Shown one piece after another: positions 14,811 to 19,701 of a DNA stretch of 19,701 nt. The first letter of the stretch is position 1. Each line of letters starts with the position of its first letter. The DNA is from an uncultured archaeon (GTDB taxonomy: Archaea; Asgardarchaeota; Thorarchaeia; Thorarchaeales; Thorarchaeaceae): positions 1-19,701 of the forward strand of contig CAZPWM010000058.1 in NCBI GenBank assembly GCA_964590575.1, read 5' to 3'. Under the pieces are notes generated by a model. It saw only the letters and a program-made list of their open reading frames with translations. It did no database searches and was not told the DNA's origin. Position numbers and translations under genes: made by a program.

Positions 14811-17800
14811 GCGACGCCAACTTGCGGATTGGAGTGTTTGTCTGCAACTGTGGACTAAACATAGCTGGGACGGTTGACTGTGAGGCTGTAGCAGAGTATG
14901 CGGCGCAACTACCTGATGTTGCCCATTCTGTTGATTTGTTGTTTGCATGTTCAGATGATGGACAAGCGAATATCAAGAAAGCAATAAAGGAACATAGTCT
15001 TAATCGTGTGGTTGTTGCATCATGTACACCTCGAACTCATGAACCTGTATTTCGAGCATGCGTTGAAGAGGCTGGACTTAACAGATACTTGTATGACCAG
15101 GTCAACCTTCGTGAACATGTCAGTTGGGTTCATATGGATGACCATGACTTAGCTACGATGAAGGCTCAGGAACTTGTCGCTATGGCTGTTGAACGTGTTA
15201 GGTACCTCGAGCCCCTAGAGAGAAAGGCCGTTGATGTCATTCAAAGTGCTGCTGTTATAGGTGGTGGTGTCGCTGGGATATCAGCCGCTCTGGACCTTGC
15301 CAATGCAGGATTTGAAACTCACCTCATTGAGAGTCGTCCAACAATTGGTGGACAGATGGCGTTGTTAGACAAGGTGTTTCCACAAAATGACTGTGCAATC
15401 TGCATACTTGGACCTATCATGTCGAAAGTTGGCCAGCATCCTAAAATCAATCTCATGACCTATAGCGAGTTAGATAGCGTTGAGGGGTATGTTGGAAACT
15501 TCAGGTTGAAGGTTCGAAAGAAATCACCTTTCATTGATTATGAAAAATGCAATGGTTGTGGTGACTGTGAAGGAGTCTGTCCTGTTAGTGTTTCAAGCGA
15601 ATATTCGTTTGGTATTGCTACTCGAAAGGCGGCCTATCGACCATTCCCACAAGCAGTACCTAACAAGTACACCATCGACAAACGAGGAACATCACCTTGT
15701 AAGATTGCATGTCCCGCTCACGTGAATGTACAGGCTTTCATCACACTCCTCAAGGAAGAGAGGTTCGATGAAGCTTTGGAGATTTACCGTAAGAACTCTC
15801 CATTCGCAGGCACCCTGGGTCGAGTCTGTACAAATCCCTGTCAGGTGGACTGCGAACGCGGGAAATATGATGAAGCGATTAGCATACGAAATCTTCACAG
15901 ATTCCTAGCTGATTATGAACGAGCTAATGGTGAAGTTAAGGTAGAATCTGTTCAGCTTGACAATAAGAAGAAGAAGAAATCTGTAGCAGTTGTTGGTGCA
16001 GGTCCTTCTGGATTGGCATGTGCCTACGATCTTGTCAAGAAGGGTTACCCTGTAACCATCTTCGAGGCGAGGAAGGAGGCGGGGGGTCTCCTCCGTTGGG
16101 GCATTCCAGAATATCGTCTACCAAGAGATGTGCTCCGAGATGAAGTTGATATTGTCAAGCAGCTCGGAGTCACAATCCAGACTGGAACAAAGGTCGACTC
16201 TATTAAGGAACTCAAGGATCAAGGCTTCAAAGCTGTTTTTGTTGCTACAGGAGCTCCTTCAAGTCGCAAGATGAAAGTAAAAGGTGAGAATGCCAAAGGT
16301 GTCCATCATGCACTTGAATTCCTTGACCGAGTCAATAGCGGCAAGACTGTACCAATTGGGAAGCATGTTGCAGTAATTGGAGGAGGTAACGCTGCTATTG
16401 ACGCTGCTAGAACTGCAAAACGATTAGGCGCTAGCAAAGTCACAATTGTCTATAGACGTTCTCGAGAAGAGATGCCCGCAATCGCGAGCGAAGTCGATGA
16501 GGCTGAGAACGAAGGAACAAAGATTGAATTCCTTGCGACGCCCGTTGAGATCTTAGAATCTGATAAGACTGTTTCAGGGATGAAATGTGTGCGGATGCGT
16601 CTTGGAGCTCCTGACGATTCAGGCAGAAGACGCCCTGTTCCAATCCCTAACTCTGAGTTCAAGATACAGGTTGACACTATCATTATCGCAGTCGGTCAAG
16701 AGGTCACGCCCGATGCTTTGATGAAAGGCCTTGAGGCCACTATGTGGGGCACTCTTGAGGTAAATCCTACTACTTTGGAAACCAATGTCAAGGGTGTCTT
16801 TGGAGGGGGCGATGTAGTCAGCGGAGGGGCTTCTGCAATTGAAGCCGTAGCTACTGGGAAAGAAGCTGCAAAATCTATTGACCGCTTTCTTATGGGTGAA
16901 GATCTCATCGAAGGCCGTGAAGAGGTTTTGATGCCAATTGAAGACATCGAGGTTGACGAAGCTGCTATGAAGATGAGGTTTGCTCCTGCAATGCGAACAA
17001 TAAGCATGGCAAAACGAAAGAGTACCTTCGCAGAGGTCGAGCTTGGATTCAATGAAGCAATAGCCATTGCAGAAGCGGAAAGGTGTCTGAGTTGCGGTGT
17101 TTGTTGTGAGTGCGAGAAGTGTGTTGAAGCCTGCAAGCTCGGTGCTGTTAACCACTCACTACAGGATGAGATTGTCGAGCTCAATGTAGGCACAATCATC
17201 GTTGCTACAGGCTTTAAGGTCCATGATCCATTTGAAACCCGAGAGTTTGGATATGGAACCTTTCAGAACGTAATTACAAATGCTCAACTTGAGAGACTTA
17301 CTAATGCAGCAGGTCCGACGCATGGAAAACCAAAACGCCCCTCTGATAATACTATACCACGAAAAGTTGCTTTCATACAATGTGTTGGGTCGAGGGATAG
17401 AAGGCTTCATCGAGACTACTGCTGCTATATCGGTTGTGAGAACTCTCTAAAACAAGCAATCCAGATTAAGGAGAAGTACCCAAAGACAGAAATCACCGTA
17501 TATGCTATGGATGTCAGGACTCACGGTCTCGGATACGAAGGTCTCTACAGACGAGCTCGTGAGATGGGCGTGGTTGTCGTCAAAGGAAGACCTTCCGAAG
17601 TCGAAGAAATCCCTGAAACTAAATCACTAATAGTGCTGGCTGAGGATCTATACACTGGTGCGCGTTTAGAAACAACAACTGACCTTGTAGTCCTTGCAAC
17701 TGCACTTCTACCAAACGACGACAATGCAGAAATGGCTCGGAAGCTAAAGATTTCAACAGGCGAATATGGTTTCTTGATGGAGGCTCATCCCAAACTCCGT

Positions 17801-18187
17801 CCAGTAGACTCATTCCAGGATGGTGTGTTCCTCGCTGGAGCTGTTCTTGGACCTATGGATATTCCAAAGGCAGTCGCCTATGGAAAAGGTGCAGCTGCTG
17901 GAGCTCAGGCTCTGATGGCTCCTGGTGTGTTTTATGTAGAACCCATCTATGCAGAGATTGACACAGATCTATGCTTTGATTGTGATCTCTGCACTGATGT
18001 CTGCCCATATGGTGCGATTACAGGGACCGGTGAAGAACGTCGGGTTATGTTCGAGCTATGTCAAGGATGTGGGACTTGTGCTGCTGCATGTCCAAAGAAC
18101 GCCATAGACATGCGACATTATCGTAGACAGCAACTATTGCCGCAGATATTAGCTGCTGCATCTGTTCAAGGAGAGTTGGTACATTGA
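14807..18187 (+). CDS. hdrA: HdrA with inserted GltD/NfnB-like NAD(P)H-flavin module (HdrL-like), 1126 aa
   Basis: HdrA N-terminus ([20 protein letters not shown]), GGGVAG and [13 protein letters not shown]. The insert at ~15692-17095 has [36 protein letters not shown] and YRR. HdrA then resumes (ATGF, QCVGSRD, HPKLRP) and ends in C-terminal ferredoxin motifs. Confidence 0.92.
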   Translation: MSDANLRIGVFVCNCGLNIAGTVDCEAVAEYAAQLPDVAHSVDLLFACSDDGQANIKKAIKEHSLNRVVVASCTPRTHEPVFRACVEEAGLNRYLYDQVNLREHVSWVHMDDHDLATMKAQELVAMAVERVRYLEPLERKAVDVIQSAAVIGGGVAGISAALDLANAGFETHLIESRPTIGGQMALLDKVFPQNDCAICILGPIMSKVGQHPKINLMTYSELDSVEGYVGNFRLKVRKKSPFIDYEKCNGCGDCEGVCPVSVSSEYSFGIATRKAAYRPFPQAVPNKYTIDKRGTSPCKIACPAHVNVQAFITLLKEERFDEALEIYRKNSPFAGTLGRVCTNPCQVDCERGKYDEAISIRNLHRFLADYERANGEVKVESVQLDNKKKKKSVAVVGAGPSGLACAYDLVKKGYPVTIFEARKEAGGLLRWGIPEYRLPRDVLRDEVDIVKQLGVTIQTGTKVDSIKELKDQGFKAVFVATGAPSSRKMKVKGENAKGVHHALEFLDRVNSGKTVPIGKHVAVIGGGNAAIDAARTAKRLGASKVTIVYRRSREEMPAIASEVDEAENEGTKIEFLATPVEILESDKTVSGMKCVRMRLGAPDDSGRRRPVPIPNSEFKIQVDTIIIAVGQEVTPDALMKGLEATMWGTLEVNPTTLETNVKGVFGGGDVVSGGASAIEAVATGKEAAKSIDRFLMGEDLIEGREEVLMPIEDIEVDEAAMKMRFAPAMRTISMAKRKSTFAEVELGFNEAIAIAEAERCLSCGVCCECEKCVEACKLGAVNHSLQDEIVELNVGTIIVATGFKVHDPFETREFGYGTFQNVITNAQLERLTNAAGPTHGKPKRPSDNTIPRKVAFIQCVGSRDRRLHRDYCCYIGCENSLKQAIQIKEKYPKTEITVYAMDVRTHGLGYEGLYRRAREMGVVVVKGRPSEVEEIPETKSLIVLAEDLYTGARLETTTDLVVLATALLPNDDNAEMARKLKISTGEYGFLMEAHPKLRPVDSFQDGVFLAGAVLGPMDIPKAVAYGKGAAAGAQALMAPGVFYVEPIYAEIDTDLCFDCDLCTDVCPYGAITGTGEERRVMFELCQGCGTCAAACPKNAIDMRHYRRQQLLPQILAAASVQGELVH

Positions 18188-18615
18188 CGCGAAAGAGATT
18201 CGAACCAAAAATTGTTGCCTTTACGTGCAACTGGTGTTCCTATGGGGGTGCTGATCTTGCTGGTATATCTCGTATCCAGCATCCACCGAATGCGAAGGTT
18301 ATCCGGCTCATGTGTTCTGGACGGCTGGACCCTGTAATGGTGATTGAGGCTTTCAAAGGCGGAGCCGATGGCGTGATGGTTACGGGTTGCCACATCGGGG
18401 ACTGTCACTATTCAACTGGCAACTATCGTACACAGATCCGTTTTGACGCACTTCAGATAGCGATGAAGACGCTCGGTCTACACCCCGAACGACTCAAACT
18501 TCTCTGGGCTAGTGCCTCAGAAGGTCAACAATGGGCCGAAGGGATAACCGAGATGACCGAGTCGCTTCGGCCATTGGGCCCTAATCCACTCAAAGCAGGA
18601 GGTGAAGCAAAGTGA
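18184..18615 (+). CDS. mvhD: MvhD-family [2Fe-2S] subunit
   Basis: Motifs FTCNWCSYGGADLAG, MCSGRLDP, GADGV.VTGCHIGDCHY and WASASEG. The TTG start overlaps the hdrA stop (TTGA). Confidence 0.93.
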   Translation: MTRKRFEPKIVAFTCNWCSYGGADLAGISRIQHPPNAKVIRLMCSGRLDPVMVIEAFKGGADGVMVTGCHIGDCHYSTGNYRTQIRFDALQIAMKTLGLHPERLKLLWASASEGQQWAEGITEMTESLRPLGPNPLKAGGEAK

Positions 18616-19701
18616 CAGTAGCAGGAGATAAAGTAGATTTTAGTTCAATGAAACCTTCGGAAACCGCTCTGATCATCGGAGGTGGAGTTGCGGGTATGCA
18701 GGCAGCACTTGACTTAGCGGATCAAGGCTATCAAGTGGTCTTAGTTGAGAAAACCCCATCCATCGGGGGAGTGATGGCTATGCTGGACAAAACTTTTCCA
18801 ACCTTGGATTGCTCTGCTTGTATATTAACACCCAGACTAAGTGAGGTTTCTCGTCATCCCAACATTAAGTTGCTGACCTATAGCGAAGTCACCGGAATTA
18901 CAGGAGAAGCTGGAGATTTCAGAGTGAGGGTCCTAAAAAAGGCTCGAAAGGTTTTGGAGGACAAATGTTCAGGGTGTGGGGAATGCGTACCTCATTGCCC
19001 CATCCAAGTGAAGAATGAGTTTGACCAAAACCTCGGATACAGGAAGGCGATTTACGTCGGTTTTCCCCAGAGCACTCCTTTAGTATACACGATTGACAGT
19101 GAAAACTGCATCAAATGTGAGCTTTGCGTTAAATCATGTGAGAGAGAAGCTATCGATCTCACGATGGAGGATGAAGAGATAGAGGTTTCTGTAGGCGCCA
19201 TTGTTATTGCGACAGGCTATGAACTATTTGATGTGTCCAAATATCAAAGACTTGGTTATGGACGATTCAAGAATGTCATCAATGCACTGGAGTATGAACG
19301 ATTGATCAATGCCGCAGGTCCCACTGGTGGCAATCTCATGAGGCTTAGTGATGGCAAGATTCCAAAGTCTATCGGATTTGTTCAATGTGTAGGGGCTCGA
19401 GATGTCAAGATGGGTGTGCCCTATTGCAGCAGAGTCTGTTGCATGTATGGAATCAAAAACGCAGTAATGGCAAAAGAACTTCAACACGATAATGTCAAGA
19501 ATGCGACAGTGTATTATGCTGATATTCGAGCATATGGGAAAGGCTTCGAAGAATTTTACACTATGTCCAAAGAACGGTTTGGTGTTAGGTTCATTCGAGG
19601 CAGGGTAGGAGAAGTAGAGGAAGATTCTAAGACCAAGAACATCACTGTCTGGGTTGAAAACACAGAAACTGGAGAGTTCCTCAGGGACGAACATGAACTA
19701 C
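18612..19701 (+). CDS. hdrA: Second HdrA lacking the N-terminal domain; 3'-truncated by the window
   Basis: Not in the ORF track. GTG 18612 overlaps the mvhD stop, with SD GGAGGTGA upstream. Manual translation is open to the window end: ALIIGGGVAGMQAALDLA, LDKTFPTLDCSAC, CSGCGECVPHCP, CIKCELCVKSC, QCVGARD, YCSRVCCMYGIKNA. Confidence 0.92.
   Translation, partial: MTVAGDKVDFSSMKPSETALIIGGGVAGMQAALDLADQGYQVVLVEKTPSIGGVMAMLDKTFPTLDCSACILTPRLSEVSRHPNIKLLTYSEVTGITGEAGDFRVRVLKKARKVLEDKCSGCGECVPHCPIQVKNEFDQNLGYRKAIYVGFPQSTPLVYTIDSENCIKCELCVKSCEREAIDLTMEDEEIEVSVGAIVIATGYELFDVSKYQRLGYGRFKNVINALEYERLINAAGPTGGNLMRLSDGKIPKSIGFVQCVGARDVKMGVPYCSRVCCMYGIKNAVMAKELQHDNVKNATVYYADIRAYGKGFEEFYTMSKERFGVRFIRGRVGEVEEDSKTKNITVWVENTETGEFLRDEHEL

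Noticed and set aside
15965-15979. (AAG)4-AAA run encoding KKKKK
   Set aside because: A short in-frame linker repeat with no evidence of phase variation.
16450-19694. Long minus-strand ORFs (16619-17155, 16696-17199, 19224-19694 and others)
   Set aside because: They are antisense shadows of well-supported hdrA genes and have no motifs.
14807-19701. Selenocysteine in HdrA or MvhD
   Set aside because: All frames are open, with Cys codons at the ligand positions and no in-frame TGA.

Overview
The window reads as archaeal chromosomal DNA. The gene families and style (long TPR proteins, C-terminally anchored surface proteins, Hdr cluster, GGAGG ribosome-binding sites) suggest an Asgard archaeon such as Thorarchaeia; this is inference. 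The left 11.2 kb is an accessory region. It holds a 5'-truncated TPR protein and, convergent with it, two unannotated paralogous ~37-aa membrane micropeptide genes, one intact and one lacking its start codon. It also holds a membrane-anchored gingipain-like C25 cysteine protease, a TRASH/YHS-type zinc-finger ORF interrupted by an in-frame TGA, an Eis-like GNAT acetyltransferase, a TPR-nitrilase fusion, a small basic ORF behind a GC-rich structured leader, and a LamG-like surface protein. After ~0.8 kb of AT-rich intergenic DNA comes a translationally coupled heterodisulfide-reductase-like operon: hdrC-hdrB-hdrC-hdrB, hdrA with an inserted GltD/NfnB-like module (HdrL-like), mvhD, and an hdrA lacking the N-terminal domain that runs off the window. 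No rRNA, tRNA, CRISPR array or transposase was recognised.
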